DNA from: an uncultured delta proteobacterium
GTDB taxonomy: Bacteria; Desulfobacterota; Binatia; Binatales; Binataceae
Assembly (NCBI GenBank): GCA_963756005.1
Contig: CAVWMC010000006.1
Coordinates: 35,567-99,566 of the forward strand
Length of the DNA: 64,000 bases
Reading direction: 5' to 3'
The position numbers and the translations under genes were made by a program. Positions 41,371 to 51,084 of the stretch are shown piece by piece; position 1 is the first letter of the stretch, and each line of letters begins with the position of its first letter. Below the pieces are notes generated by a model that ran no database searches, was not told where the DNA came from, and saw only the letters and a list, made by a program, of their open reading frames with translations.

Positions 41371-41436
41371 CGCGCCCCCACTCTCGCGAGGCTAGAAGGC
41401 CGCACCAGCCGCCGCAAGCCAACAAAGGAGCGCTGC

Positions 41437-41526
41437 GCGATTTCAGAAACCGGAACCGGCTTCGCTTGCGCGAAGCTGTCCGAGATCCTTCCAGCCGGTC
41501 GCGTTGCTCCCTCCGTCAGGATGACA
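41437..41526 (+). repeat. REP/MITE-like intergenic repeat unit, copy C (reference copy)
   Basis: gcgatttcagaaaccggaaccggcttcgcttgcgcgaagctgtccgagatccttccagccggtcgcgttgctccctccgtcaggatgaca carries the internal hairpin gcttcgc/gcgaagc. It matches the reverse complement of 451-542. Confidence 0.65.
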
Positions 41527-41761
41527 CAGGAGGCTCGCGATGCACGCTTCGTCAGGAAGTTCCGAGCGCTGCCCACTCCCATCATCCGCTCCCCCTCTAT
41601 TTTAACAGGGACGAAGTCCCGCATCTTTTCTTAATACTGGGTGCAGGGGTCACCCCTGCCGCGGAAGCGTGAAACCCCGAGGGTTTCACATTAAATTAGT
41701 GATCTCCCCTTCCCACCCTGACATGGATCTCTCGGAATGTTACCATTTGCCCGGAGCAACG

Positions 41762-42058
41762 ATGCCTGAATCAAAAATAACCCTCGAACAGGTGCGCCAC
41801 GTCGCGCTCCTCGCGCGTCTCGAACTGTCCCCGCAGGACGAAAATCGACTGCGCGCCGATATGGACGAGATGCTTGCGTACGTGGACAAATTGAACGAGC
41901 TCGACACCAGGGACGTACCGCCGACGACCCAGGTCGGCGAGGCCGGCACGCCGATGCGCGATGACGCAGTGACGAACGGGTCGGCGGCGGAAGATATGCT
42001 CGCGAACGCGCCGGCGCGCGATCGCGGCTACTTCAAAGTGCCGAAAATAATCGAGTAG
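41762..42058 (+). CDS. gatC: Asp-tRNA(Asn)/Glu-tRNA(Gln) amidotransferase subunit C
   Basis: 98 aa from the internal Met: ITLEQVRHVALLARLELSPQDENRLRADMDEMLAYVDKLNELDT is canonical GatC. It sits directly upstream of gatA and gatB. Confidence 0.85.
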   Translation: MPESKITLEQVRHVALLARLELSPQDENRLRADMDEMLAYVDKLNELDTRDVPPTTQVGEAGTPMRDDAVTNGSAAEDMLANAPARDRGYFKVPKIIE

Positions 42059-42070
42059 AAAGTTTTCTGA

Positions 42071-43531
42071 ATGGCATCCGAACTGAACAAACTCACGATC
42101 GCCGACGCGTCGGCGAAACTCCGCACGCGCGAAATCACCGCGACTCAACTCACGCGCGATTGCCTCGATCGCATCGCCGCCGCCGAGCCCAAGCTGCACG
42201 CGTTCCTGACCGTGTGCGAGAAGGAAGCGCTCGAGCAGGCGCGCGCGGCCGACGCCCGCCTTGCGGCCGGCAATGCGCCCGCGCTGTGCGGGATTCCGCT
42301 CGGTATCAAGGATATCTACGCGACCAAAGGCGTGCGCACGACCTGCGCGTCGAAAATTTTGGAACATTTTGTGCCGCCGTTCGACGCGACGGTGATCGGG
42401 CGCCTGCGCGCCGACGGCGCGGTCTTCGTCGGCAAGACCAACATGGACGAATTCGCGATGGGTTCCTCGACCGAGAACTCCGCGTTCGGCGCGACAACCA
42501 ATCCGCACGACCTCGAGCGCGTCGCGGGCGGCTCGTCGGGCGGCTCGGCCGCCGCGGTCGCGGCGCACGAATGCCTCGGCTCGCTCGGCACCGACACCGG
42601 CGGTTCGATTCGCGAGCCGGCGAGTTTCTGCGGCGTGGTCGGGATCAAGCCGACTTACAGCCGCGTCAGCCGCTACGGCGTTATCGCGTATGCGTCGTCG
42701 CTCGACCAGGTCGGCCCGTTTACGAAATCGGTGCGCGATGCCGCGATCGTCCTGCGCACGCTCGCCGGCAAAGACGTTCGCGATTCGACCTGCTCGGCGC
42801 GTCCGGTGCCCGACTACGAAGGCGCGCTGACCGGCGAAGTCAAAGGACTCCGCATCGGGGTGCCGCGCGAATATTTCGTCGAGGGGATGCAGCCCGAGGT
42901 CGAAAAGTCGGTGCGCGCCGCGCTCAAGAACTACGAATCGCTCGGCGCCTCGACCGTTGAGATCTCGCTGCCGCACACCGGCTACGCCGTCGCGGCGTAC
43001 TATTTGATCGCGACCGCGGAGGCGAGTGCGAATCTCGCGCGCTACGACGGTATCCGCTACGGCCTGCGCGTCAACGCCGACGACAACGTCGCGCTGTACG
43101 AAACCACACGGGCACAGGGCTTCGGCGCCGAAGTCAAGCGGCGCATCATGCTCGGCACCTTCGCGCTCTCGGCCGGCTACTACGACGCCTACTACTTGAA
43201 GGGCCAGAAGGTGCGCACGCTGATTCGCAACGATTTCGAGCGCGCATTCGAGAAATGCGATTTGATCGTCACGCCGGTCGCGCCGACTACCGCGTTCAAG
43301 CTCGGCGAGAAGATGAACGATCCGCTCACGATGTACCTGTCGGATATTTTTACTATTTCGGTGAACCTCGCCGGCTTGCCCGGGATGGCGATGCCGTGCG
43401 GGCACGACTCCAACAATCTGCCGATCGGGATGCAATTGATCGCGCCGCCGTTCGCCGAGGAAACAATTTTGCGCGCCGGCGACGCGTTCGAGCGCACCGG
43501 AGCATTCAAGCCGCGCACACCCGCGGTCTAG
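42071..43531 (+). CDS. gatA: Asp-tRNA(Asn)/Glu-tRNA(Gln) amidotransferase subunit A
   Basis: 486 aa with the amidase signature ([25 protein letters not shown]) and the Ser-cisSer-Lys triad context. Confidence 0.95.
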   Translation: MASELNKLTIADASAKLRTREITATQLTRDCLDRIAAAEPKLHAFLTVCEKEALEQARAADARLAAGNAPALCGIPLGIKDIYATKGVRTTCASKILEHFVPPFDATVIGRLRADGAVFVGKTNMDEFAMGSSTENSAFGATTNPHDLERVAGGSSGGSAAAVAAHECLGSLGTDTGGSIREPASFCGVVGIKPTYSRVSRYGVIAYASSLDQVGPFTKSVRDAAIVLRTLAGKDVRDSTCSARPVPDYEGALTGEVKGLRIGVPREYFVEGMQPEVEKSVRAALKNYESLGASTVEISLPHTGYAVAAYYLIATAEASANLARYDGIRYGLRVNADDNVALYETTRAQGFGAEVKRRIMLGTFALSAGYYDAYYLKGQKVRTLIRNDFERAFEKCDLIVTPVAPTTAFKLGEKMNDPLTMYLSDIFTISVNLAGLPGMAMPCGHDSNNLPIGMQLIAPPFAEETILRAGDAFERTGAFKPRTPAV

Positions 43532-43538
43532 ACATGAC

Positions 43539-44981
43539 ATGACGACAAATCGAGACGCATACGAGGCCGTGATTGGACTGGAAGTCCATACCCACCTGCT
43601 GACCCGATCGAAACTGTTCTGCGGATGCTCGACCACCTTCGGCGCCGCTCCAAACGAGAACGTCTGTCCGGTCTGCATGGGGATGCCGGGCGTACTGCCG
43701 GTTCTCAATCGCAGAGTTGTCGAACTGGCTATTCGTACCGGCCTCGCCGCGCATTGTACTATAGCGCCCTACTCTATTTTCGATCGCAAGAGTTACTTCT
43801 ATCCCGACCTGCCGAAGGGCTATCAGATTAGTCAGTACGAAACTCCTATATGCAAAGGTGGCTATATCGACTTGCCGCCGACTGAGAATGGCGAATCGCG
43901 CCGGGTCAGGCTCACGCGCATCCATATCGAAGAAGACGCGGGCAAGAATATCCACGGCGAAAGCGCCAGCCTGGTCGATTTCAACCGCTCCGGCGTGCCG
44001 CTGATCGAGATAGTCAGCGAGCCGGATCTCCGCTCCGCAGAGGACGCAGGCGCATATCTGCGCCAGCTCCGCGCGATCCTGCGGTACGTCGATGCGTCTG
44101 ACGGCAAGATGGAAGAAGGCAGCTTCCGCTGCGATTGCAACGTCTCAGTCCGCAAACGCGGCGCAACTGAGTATGGCATCCGAACTGAGATTAAAAACCT
44201 CAACTCCTTCCGCTTCGTCGAAGACGCAATTGAGTATGAGGTCGATCGCCAAATAGCTATTGTCGAATCAGGCGGCAAAGTCGCGCAGGAAACTCATCTG
44301 TGGGACCCGGCGCGCAAAGAAACGCGCCCGATGCGCTCGAAAGAGTATGCGAATGACTATCGCTACTTCCCCGAGCCTGACCTGCCGCCGCTGATCGTGC
44401 CCGCGGAGTTGATAGAGAACGTGCGCGCGTCGATGCCCGAATTGCCCGCCGACCGGAAAGCGCGATACGTGCGCGAGGGCCTGACGGAATACGAGGCGGC
44501 CGTGTTGCTCGCCGACCGCGACGTCGCCGACTACTTCGAGGCCACGCTGCCCGGACTCAAGAATCGCAAGGCGGCCGCGAATTGGGTGATGACCGAAGTG
44601 CTGCGCGTCGCGCGTGACTCAGACAAACCGTTCGCCGAAGCAGTGCCGCCCGCGGCCGAGGTCGGCGCGCTCTTGCGAATGGTTGAAGCGCAGAAGATAA
44701 GTCTGAACGCCGCGAAGACTGCGTTTGCCGCGATGGTGAAGTCCGGAAAAGGCGCGGAAGCAACAATCGCCGAGCTGGGCCTCGCGCAAGTCTCAGACGA
44801 AAGCGCGATCGCGGCCGCGATCGACAAAGTGCTCGCCGCGGAACCGGACAAACTCGCCGAGTATCGCGCCGGCCGCGACAAGCTCTTCGGATTTTTCGTT
44901 GGCGCGGTGATGAAAGCGATGGGCGGAAAAGCAAATCCGAAGGTGATCAACGACCTCCTGCGCGCAAAGCTCGCGGGCTAA
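43539..44981 (+). CDS. gatB: Asp-tRNA(Asn)/Glu-tRNA(Gln) amidotransferase subunit B
   Basis: 480 aa: YEAVIGLEVHTHL, the GatB cradle domain and a C-terminal YqeY-like tail. Confidence 0.95.
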   Translation: MTTNRDAYEAVIGLEVHTHLLTRSKLFCGCSTTFGAAPNENVCPVCMGMPGVLPVLNRRVVELAIRTGLAAHCTIAPYSIFDRKSYFYPDLPKGYQISQYETPICKGGYIDLPPTENGESRRVRLTRIHIEEDAGKNIHGESASLVDFNRSGVPLIEIVSEPDLRSAEDAGAYLRQLRAILRYVDASDGKMEEGSFRCDCNVSVRKRGATEYGIRTEIKNLNSFRFVEDAIEYEVDRQIAIVESGGKVAQETHLWDPARKETRPMRSKEYANDYRYFPEPDLPPLIVPAELIENVRASMPELPADRKARYVREGLTEYEAAVLLADRDVADYFEATLPGLKNRKAAANWVMTEVLRVARDSDKPFAEAVPPAAEVGALLRMVEAQKISLNAAKTAFAAMVKSGKGAEATIAELGLAQVSDESAIAAAIDKVLAAEPDKLAEYRAGRDKLFGFFVGAVMKAMGGKANPKVINDLLRAKLAG

Positions 44982-45041
44982 ACGAGCGGGTGCGCGGTCT
45001 GGGGCTTATTCGCTATAATTTCAGCGGAGACAGCGATCACA

Positions 45042-45725
45042 ATGAGTAAATTTGTATCCGCGTTGACGCTCGCATTTATCTTCGTGGCGACGATGGCGCA
45101 CGCCGGAATCGCGATCGTGAATGATAGTGGGACCAGTTCCGGTGTCGTCAGCAATACTTCCAGCTACGCGGTGAACCTCCCGGCCGGGGTCGAGGATGGC
45201 GACCTGGTCGTCGTCGCAATCGCGAGCGACACTCGTGCAACGCCCGCCGCGCAAGGCTACACCACCGGAGTCGAGCAGGGCTTCAATGGCGGCGCCAACG
45301 GCTGTTTCGAATTTTACCATGTTTGGAAAACCGGTGATTCCACCAGCCCGCTATTCAGTCGCGCGACGACGGGATCCGATGCTTACGCGGTAGTAGCGCT
45401 TGCCGGAGCCGGGACCGGCACGCTCGTTGACACCTCTACAGGTACGTCGTCGGGATACGGCACACGGGTAAATCTTCCGGCCATCACGACCCATAACAAC
45501 GACGACCTGGACGTGTACGTAAGCTGCGCGCAAGCGGCTGCGGCTTTTTCAAATCCGTCGGTCGGCACTATCGCGGTGCAGCAGGCTAATACTTCCAGCT
45601 CGGTTGCCATCAGCACGTATGCGCAGGCGACGCAGGGGCTGCTTGGTACTCAGGCCACCTTCATGGATACGAGCCAGATTAATGGATCAGCTGTTATCGC
45701 TCTGATTGCAGCGCCCGCGCCTTAA
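45042..45725 (+). CDS. Secreted Ser/Thr/Gly-rich hypothetical protein
   Basis: Signal peptide MSKFVSALTLAFIFVATMAHA. The composition is dominated by S/T/G/A and I recognise no domain. Local GC is lower than its surroundings. Confidence 0.45.
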   Translation: MSKFVSALTLAFIFVATMAHAGIAIVNDSGTSSGVVSNTSSYAVNLPAGVEDGDLVVVAIASDTRATPAAQGYTTGVEQGFNGGANGCFEFYHVWKTGDSTSPLFSRATTGSDAYAVVALAGAGTGTLVDTSTGTSSGYGTRVNLPAITTHNNDDLDVYVSCAQAAAAFSNPSVGTIAVQQANTSSSVAISTYAQATQGLLGTQATFMDTSQINGSAVIALIAAPAP

Positions 45726-45733
45726 GTCTGGCG

Positions 45734-46150
45734 CTACTTCGGAATGTACACCTTGTAGGTGACGCCGCCGGGATTAGGTTCGCCGGTGGCGAAGGCCTGG
45801 ACGTCGTTGAGCCACGCGTACTTGCCCTTGGTCGAGGTCGCGAAGACCGGAGTCGTCGCCAGACCGTGCGGGCCGCTCGGACCAATCTTCGCGCGGCCGG
45901 TGTAGGTCATATAGATGTTCTCGCCGTCGTCGGTTTTCAGCACGAGGCGCACATCGATGATGCCAAGCTTGCCGTCGGGACGAATCAGGAACCAATCGGC
46001 GCCGCTCGCGAGCACCGTACCTTTGAGCCGCGGGCCTTCGAATTTGCCGCCGGTCACGTGCACGACGACGCGGGTTCCGTCGGGAGTGTCGGGAATTAGT
46101 ATTGGCGGCGCGATCGCGGCGGTGATCTCGAAGAGCAGTTCCAGTTCCAT
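45734..46150 (-). CDS. DUF3237 (UPF0311) family protein
   Basis: 138 aa from the internal Met MELELLFEI. The beta-rich pattern with GGKFEGPRLKGTV...GADWFLIRPDG matches DUF3237. Confidence 0.55.
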   Translation of the reverse strand: MELELLFEITAAIAPPILIPDTPDGTRVVVHVTGGKFEGPRLKGTVLASGADWFLIRPDGKLGIIDVRLVLKTDDGENIYMTYTGRAKIGPSGPHGLATTPVFATSTKGKYAWLNDVQAFATGEPNPGGVTYKVYIPK

Positions 46151-46179
46151 GTTAAGTACCTCGTCGATTTTGTCGAGCG

Positions 46180-47370
46180 TCAGCCTTTGGGCAGACCCAG
46201 GGTGCGCTCGCCGATTATGTTGCGCTGGATTTCGCTGGTGCCGCCCGCGATTGTGTATTGGCGCGAGCTGAGCACACGGTTCAGCCATCGCGGCGAATCG
46301 GCGACGACGCCGGTCGGCTCGCCGACGAGGCCGTAAGCGCCGAGCAATTCGGTCGAGAAGCGCGCGATGCGCACGCCGAGTTCGGAGCCGAACAGTTTCA
46401 GCATCGAGCCCTCCGGTCCCGGCGGCAATCCGCGCAGTTGGCGCGTGAGCGAGCGCAGTTGGGTGTAGCGCGCGGCCTCGCATTCGATCATGAATTGCGC
46501 GAGCTGCTGGCGCACCCACGGCTGCTCCCACGCCGGCTTGCCGTCGATGTTCACGATCTGCGCCAGTTCCGCGAGGCGTCGCACCTGCGAAGCGTGGCCG
46601 CCACCGCCGGCGAACGAGCGCTCGTAACTGAGCGTCGTCATCGCGACTTTCCATCCTTCGTTGAGCGGGCCGACCAGGTTTTCCTTCGGCACTTGCACGT
46701 TGTCGAAGAAGACTTCGTTAAAGTGCGAGTGCCCGTTCATCAGGACCAGCGGCCGCACCGTCACCCCGGGACTTTTCATGTCCAATAGCAAGTAGCTGAT
46801 GCCGCGATGCTTGGGCGCCTGGGGATCGGTGCGCGCGAGCATGAACATCCAGTCCGCGTACTGCGCGCCGGAGGTCCAGACCTTCTGCCCGTTGACCAGA
46901 AAGTAGTCGCCCATGTCGGCGGCGCGCGTGGACAGGCCCGCGAGATCGGAACCGGCGCCCGGCTCGGAGTAGCCCTGGCACCACATATCCTCGGCGCCAA
47001 GGATTCGCGGAAGGAAGCGTTTCTTCTGCGCCTCGGTGCCCCAGTTCATCAGCGTCGGACCGCACAGGCCAAGTCCGAAATAATTCGGCAGCACCGGCGC
47101 GCGGGCGCGCGAGTATTCCTCGTCCCAGATGACCTGCTCGATCAGGCTGGCGGCGTGACCGCCGTATTCCTTCGGCCACGACAGGCCGGCGTATCCGGCT
47201 TTGTGAAGCTGCGCCTGCCACGCGCGACGGCGGTCGAAGACTTCGCGATTGGGCGCGACGCGTTCATCCTGGGCGTCGTCAACGCAGAGATCCTTAGGTA
47301 GATTGGCGTCGAGCCAGGCGCGAACTTTGTGACGGAAAGATTCCTGCTCGGCCGTATATTCGAAATCCAC
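46180..47370 (-). CDS. Acyl-CoA dehydrogenase family protein
   Basis: 396 aa with N-terminal alpha, middle beta (GYSEPGAGSD) and C-terminal alpha ACAD domains. It ends with a GGTSEIQRNIIG-type motif. Confidence 0.9.
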   Translation of the reverse strand: MDFEYTAEQESFRHKVRAWLDANLPKDLCVDDAQDERVAPNREVFDRRRAWQAQLHKAGYAGLSWPKEYGGHAASLIEQVIWDEEYSRARAPVLPNYFGLGLCGPTLMNWGTEAQKKRFLPRILGAEDMWCQGYSEPGAGSDLAGLSTRAADMGDYFLVNGQKVWTSGAQYADWMFMLARTDPQAPKHRGISYLLLDMKSPGVTVRPLVLMNGHSHFNEVFFDNVQVPKENLVGPLNEGWKVAMTTLSYERSFAGGGGHASQVRRLAELAQIVNIDGKPAWEQPWVRQQLAQFMIECEAARYTQLRSLTRQLRGLPPGPEGSMLKLFGSELGVRIARFSTELLGAYGLVGEPTGVVADSPRWLNRVLSSRQYTIAGGTSEIQRNIIGERTLGLPKG

Positions 47371-47379
47371 TTTGACTAC

Positions 47380-48498
47380 TCAGTTGAAGTTGAAGGCTCT
47401 GGTGGCGTTGTCCCAGAGAATCTTCTTCTTGCTCGAGTGCGGAATGGATTGCTTCAGCAAAGCGTCGATGCCCCAGGGAAATGTTCCGTCCGGATGCGGA
47501 TAGTCAGTATCCCAAAGGAAGTTGTTATCGCCAACTATATCAAGCGCGGCTTTCATGGTTGGTTCGTCGCCGCGGAAAGCTACAAAGAAGTTACTTTTGA
47601 AATACTCAGTCGGCCGCTTGCTCAAATACTCGTGTTCCGAGTTGCCGCTGAAATCCCAATGCTGCTCCATCCGCTGTAGCCAGTAGGGAACCCATCCGCC
47701 GTCGGCCTCAACCTGGACGACGCGCAGCTTCGGGAACTTTTCGATGACGCCGTACCAGATGAGCCCCGCCATCGCGGCCATCGCCTCGAACGGATGCGAC
47801 AGGATATGGCCGGTAACGTGGGTATCCATCCGATCGCCGAACGATTCGACCGACGCGGAGCCGGAGTCGTGGGTGGAAATCGGGCGATCGAGTTTTTCAA
47901 CTTCGGCCCACAGCGGCAGGTAGTCATCGTGAAAGATAGTGCGGCCGCGGACCGGATTGGGGCGGACGTAAAAGCTGATGGCGCCGTTTTTCGCCGCTCG
48001 ATTCGCTTCCTTGATCGATTCGCCCACGTCCTGCATGGGCAGAATGGCGGCCCACTTCACGCGGTCATGGGTCTTCGAGCAGTAGTCGGCGCTCCAATCG
48101 TTGTAGGCGCGGCAACACGCGGCCAGCAATTGCGCGTCGTGGAATTCGCGGCCGAGCATCTGGCCGGCCGCGGTCGGATATACAATCTGCACGTCAACGC
48201 CCTGATCGTCCATGTCCATGATGCGACTCTCGGGACTGAAGCCGAGCTTACCGGCGCGATCGAAACGCTTCATCGCTTTGCGCACGGCGTCGAGGAAGCC
48301 GGGCGCCGCCATCGGGTATTTGCCCTTTTCGCGGGTGAAGGGTTCGCCTTCGACCAGGAACGTGCGGCGGCCCGATTCGGGCGCGATACCGATTCTCGGC
48401 GCCGCGGATTTGTAGCGCTCGTCGATGTAACGCTCAAATACATAGTCGGGTTCCATCAAGTGAGTATCTACATCGGCGATTTTGAATCCGTCTTTCAT
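47380..48498 (-). CDS. Amidohydrolase-2 family metal-dependent hydrolase (ACMSD/LigW-like decarboxylase/hydrolase fold)
   Basis: 372 aa with DTHLMEP near the N-terminus, HD pairs and C-terminal WDTDYPH, typical of Amidohydro_2. Confidence 0.8.
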   Translation of the reverse strand: MKDGFKIADVDTHLMEPDYVFERYIDERYKSAAPRIGIAPESGRRTFLVEGEPFTREKGKYPMAAPGFLDAVRKAMKRFDRAGKLGFSPESRIMDMDDQGVDVQIVYPTAAGQMLGREFHDAQLLAACCRAYNDWSADYCSKTHDRVKWAAILPMQDVGESIKEANRAAKNGAISFYVRPNPVRGRTIFHDDYLPLWAEVEKLDRPISTHDSGSASVESFGDRMDTHVTGHILSHPFEAMAAMAGLIWYGVIEKFPKLRVVQVEADGGWVPYWLQRMEQHWDFSGNSEHEYLSKRPTEYFKSNFFVAFRGDEPTMKAALDIVGDNNFLWDTDYPHPDGTFPWGIDALLKQSIPHSSKKKILWDNATRAFNFN

Positions 48499-48533
48499 GG
48501 TAATGCTCCAAATACTACTTGATTAGCTAATAG

Positions 48534-49553
48534 CTAATCGCTCGGAATTATCAGCGCCTTTACTCCGCGGCGCTCGCGCAGAAGGTCGAAGGCTTCGAGG
48601 CCGTGCGAGATAGAATAGCGATGTGTGACCATCGGACGTAAGTCCACCGCGCCGCTTGAGACCATCGCGATTGCGCGGCGCCAGGTTTCCGGAGTGCGGA
48701 TGCGCGAGTTGATGATCGTGACGCCGTGAAAAAAGAGCGAACGCAACTCGGCGGACTTGAGATCGCGCGCGGGCCATCCGACTTCGATAAGCTCGCCGCC
48801 GCGCCGCAGCAACTCGCGCGGCGAATCGATCGCGCCGGCCGCGTCGAAGACGACGTCGGCACCGTCGGCAGGGAGCAGCGCGCGCGCCTGCTCGATCCAG
48901 TCGCGATCGCCTGCGCAGACAGTTTTGAATCCCATCGTCCGCGCGAGCGCGAGACGATCGGTGTCCACCGCGAGGCCGGTCATCACTATAGATGTAACGC
49001 CGAGGGCGCGCGCCGCGAGCGCGATGCTGAGGCCGATCGGTCCGGGACCCTCGACCACGGCGCTGTCCCCCGCCTTGAGACATGACTGTTCGACGGCGTG
49101 GAGGCCCGTGCCGAAGGGTTCGAGCAGCGCGGCCTGTTCGACGCTCATCGCGGAAGGAACCAGATGCGCGTTTCCGACCGGTGCGATCGTATATTCGGCG
49201 AAGGCGCCGGAGAGCGTGGTGGGCGCGGCGCAAAGATGGAAGCGGCCGGCGCGGCACGGACCGCATCGCCCGCAATGACCGAATGGATCGAGCGCGACGC
49301 GATCGCCGACTTTGAAGGTGGTGACGCGCGCGCCGACTTCGACGACTTCGCCGGCGGGCTCGTGTCCGAGAATCACCGGCAGCCGCGCGACCATCCGCTC
49401 GGCGCCGAGTTCCCAATCGACGATGTGCAGATCGGAGCCGCATACGCCGCACGCGCCGACGCGGACGAGCAGCGTGCCTTCGGCGGGCGTCGGCACGGGA
49501 GCATCGATCACTTCGGCGCCGGGCGCGGGACGGGTCTTGGCGATTGCTTTGAT
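48534..49553 (-). CDS. Zn-dependent medium-chain alcohol dehydrogenase (threonine/sorbitol dehydrogenase-like)
   Basis: GACGVCGSDLH catalytic-Zn motif, structural-Zn C-x2-C-x2-C-x7-C (CGRCGPCRAGRFHLC) and GPIGL Rossmann. The conserved N-terminus IKAIAKTRPAPG begins at an ATC codon (49551-49553) 8 nt after GGAGG. The track start GTG at 49511 is internal. Confidence 0.85.
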   Translation of the reverse strand: MKAIAKTRPAPGAEVIDAPVPTPAEGTLLVRVGACGVCGSDLHIVDWELGAERMVARLPVILGHEPAGEVVEVGARVTTFKVGDRVALDPFGHCGRCGPCRAGRFHLCAAPTTLSGAFAEYTIAPVGNAHLVPSAMSVEQAALLEPFGTGLHAVEQSCLKAGDSAVVEGPGPIGLSIALAARALGVTSIVMTGLAVDTDRLALARTMGFKTVCAGDRDWIEQARALLPADGADVVFDAAGAIDSPRELLRRGGELIEVGWPARDLKSAELRSLFFHGVTIINSRIRTPETWRRAIAMVSSGAVDLRPMVTHRYSISHGLEAFDLLRERRGVKALIIPSD

Positions 49554-49644
49554 TGGCGGAACCTCCGAGTACCTTCAATACGACGGCGCGGCGGTTCGCG
49601 TCAAAGAAAATATGCGCGAGAAATTTTTTGAGGAGGCTGAAGCG

Positions 49645-50931
49645 CTACTCCCAGTGACGGAGGGCAGCGCCGCGATAACGCATGCGCGGACGAATCAGCC
49701 GGTTGTCGGCGTATTGCTCGAGCGCATGCGCAATCCATCCCGAAGCACGGCCGATAGCAAAAATTGCGGCCGGCATCGAGCGTGGAAAGCCGAGCATGCG
49801 GACGCATACGGTGAGATAAAAATCGAGATTGGGGCGGAGGCGATCGCGCTTGGATACACTGCCTTCGACTTTGAACGCGGTCTCGAACAGGCGGCGGCCG
49901 CGGTGCTTGGCGATCGTCTGCGCGACTTGCCGCAGCAACGCGGCGCGTGGATCGCCGTCGGGATAAATGGCGTGACCGAAGCCCGGCGGCAGGCGATGTT
50001 CGCGGGTGAACGCCGCTAGACATTGGTCAACGCGCGCACCGTTTTCGAGCTCGGCGAACATCGCCTCGATTCGATCGCACGCGCCGCCGTGAATCGGGCC
50101 GCTCAACGAACACAGTGCCGAGAGCACGGATGCGAAGAGGTCGGCGCCGGTGCTCGCGATGACGCGCGCGGCGAAGGTCGAGGCGTTGAGCTCGTGTTCA
50201 GCGCATGCGATCAGCACACGATCAAGCGCTTCGACTTCCCATTCGGCGGCGGTCGAGCCGGGGACCCATCCGAGCAGGCGTCCCGCCATGCCGGGGCCGC
50301 CGGGCGCTCCTGGAGCGGGCGGTTGCGCGAGCGCGAGCGGGAGTTGGCTGATGATGAGCTTGGCGCGATCGATTCGTGTGCGCGGCGGCTGACGGCGATC
50401 CCAAGCGGCGAGGCTCGGCATCACGGCCTCGAGCCGCAGCAGCGGCGGCGCGTCATCACCGACGGCGGCGAGCGCGTCGGCGACCGAAGTGGGCATCTGC
50501 GCACCGTGAATCTCGGCACGCAGCGCGGCGATTTCTTCGGCGACGGGCCGCTCGCCACTCCACAGCAGAAGGCAAACCTCCTCAAACGACGCGTGCGCAA
50601 CGATTTCCTCGATCGGATAGCCGCGATACGCGAGCTTGCCCTCGTTGATTGAGCTGACCGCCGACTCGGCCACGATGACGCCGGGCGCGCCGTCGTCGAT
50701 ACTCTTGGGTTGCGCGACTGTGACCCACGTCGATGCGGCCGGCAGGCTCCGTCCGCGGCGGCCGCGCTCGTTGGAGACGACGCCGCGCAGCGCTTCGATG
50801 TCGGCGCGCCGGTAGAGCGCCTGGCGACCGACCTTGCGCCGATAACTCTTCAGCCAGCCGCGGCTGACGTAGGCGTAGAGCGTGCCGAGCTTGACGCCGA
50901 GCTGCTCGGCCGCCTCGCCCGCGGTCATCAT
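49645..50931 (-). CDS. Citrate synthase-family protein fused to an N-terminal MerR/excisionase-type HTH domain
   Basis: The N-terminal about 60 aa (MMTAGEAAEQLGVKLGTLYAYVSRGWL...YRRADIEALR) is an HTH_17/MerR-like DNA-binding domain. The remainder has a citrate-synthase fold with a diverged active site (GPIHGGA, LPPGFGHAIYPDGDPRA). Start taken at M33. Confidence 0.7.
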   Translation of the reverse strand: MMTAGEAAEQLGVKLGTLYAYVSRGWLKSYRRKVGRQALYRRADIEALRGVVSNERGRRGRSLPAASTWVTVAQPKSIDDGAPGVIVAESAVSSINEGKLAYRGYPIEEIVAHASFEEVCLLLWSGERPVAEEIAALRAEIHGAQMPTSVADALAAVGDDAPPLLRLEAVMPSLAAWDRRQPPRTRIDRAKLIISQLPLALAQPPAPGAPGGPGMAGRLLGWVPGSTAAEWEVEALDRVLIACAEHELNASTFAARVIASTGADLFASVLSALCSLSGPIHGGACDRIEAMFAELENGARVDQCLAAFTREHRLPPGFGHAIYPDGDPRAALLRQVAQTIAKHRGRRLFETAFKVEGSVSKRDRLRPNLDFYLTVCVRMLGFPRSMPAAIFAIGRASGWIAHALEQYADNRLIRPRMRYRGAALRHWE

Positions 50932-51084
50932 GCCGGCGCGTTCGAGATTGGCGCGTTCGAGATTGCGAGTGGCCACCATGAGAATCACGCCATGCGCGGC
51001 GGGCTTCGTCAAGTGGTATCGATTCAACTTGCATCAAGATAGACCTAGTTATATACAGTCAAGTTCAGTTGGGAGGACGGGCGC

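Noticed and set aside
48523-49578. 351-aa Arg-rich minus-strand ORF overlapping the alcohol dehydrogenase.
   Set aside because: Alternative frame of the ADH gene with no recognisable domains.
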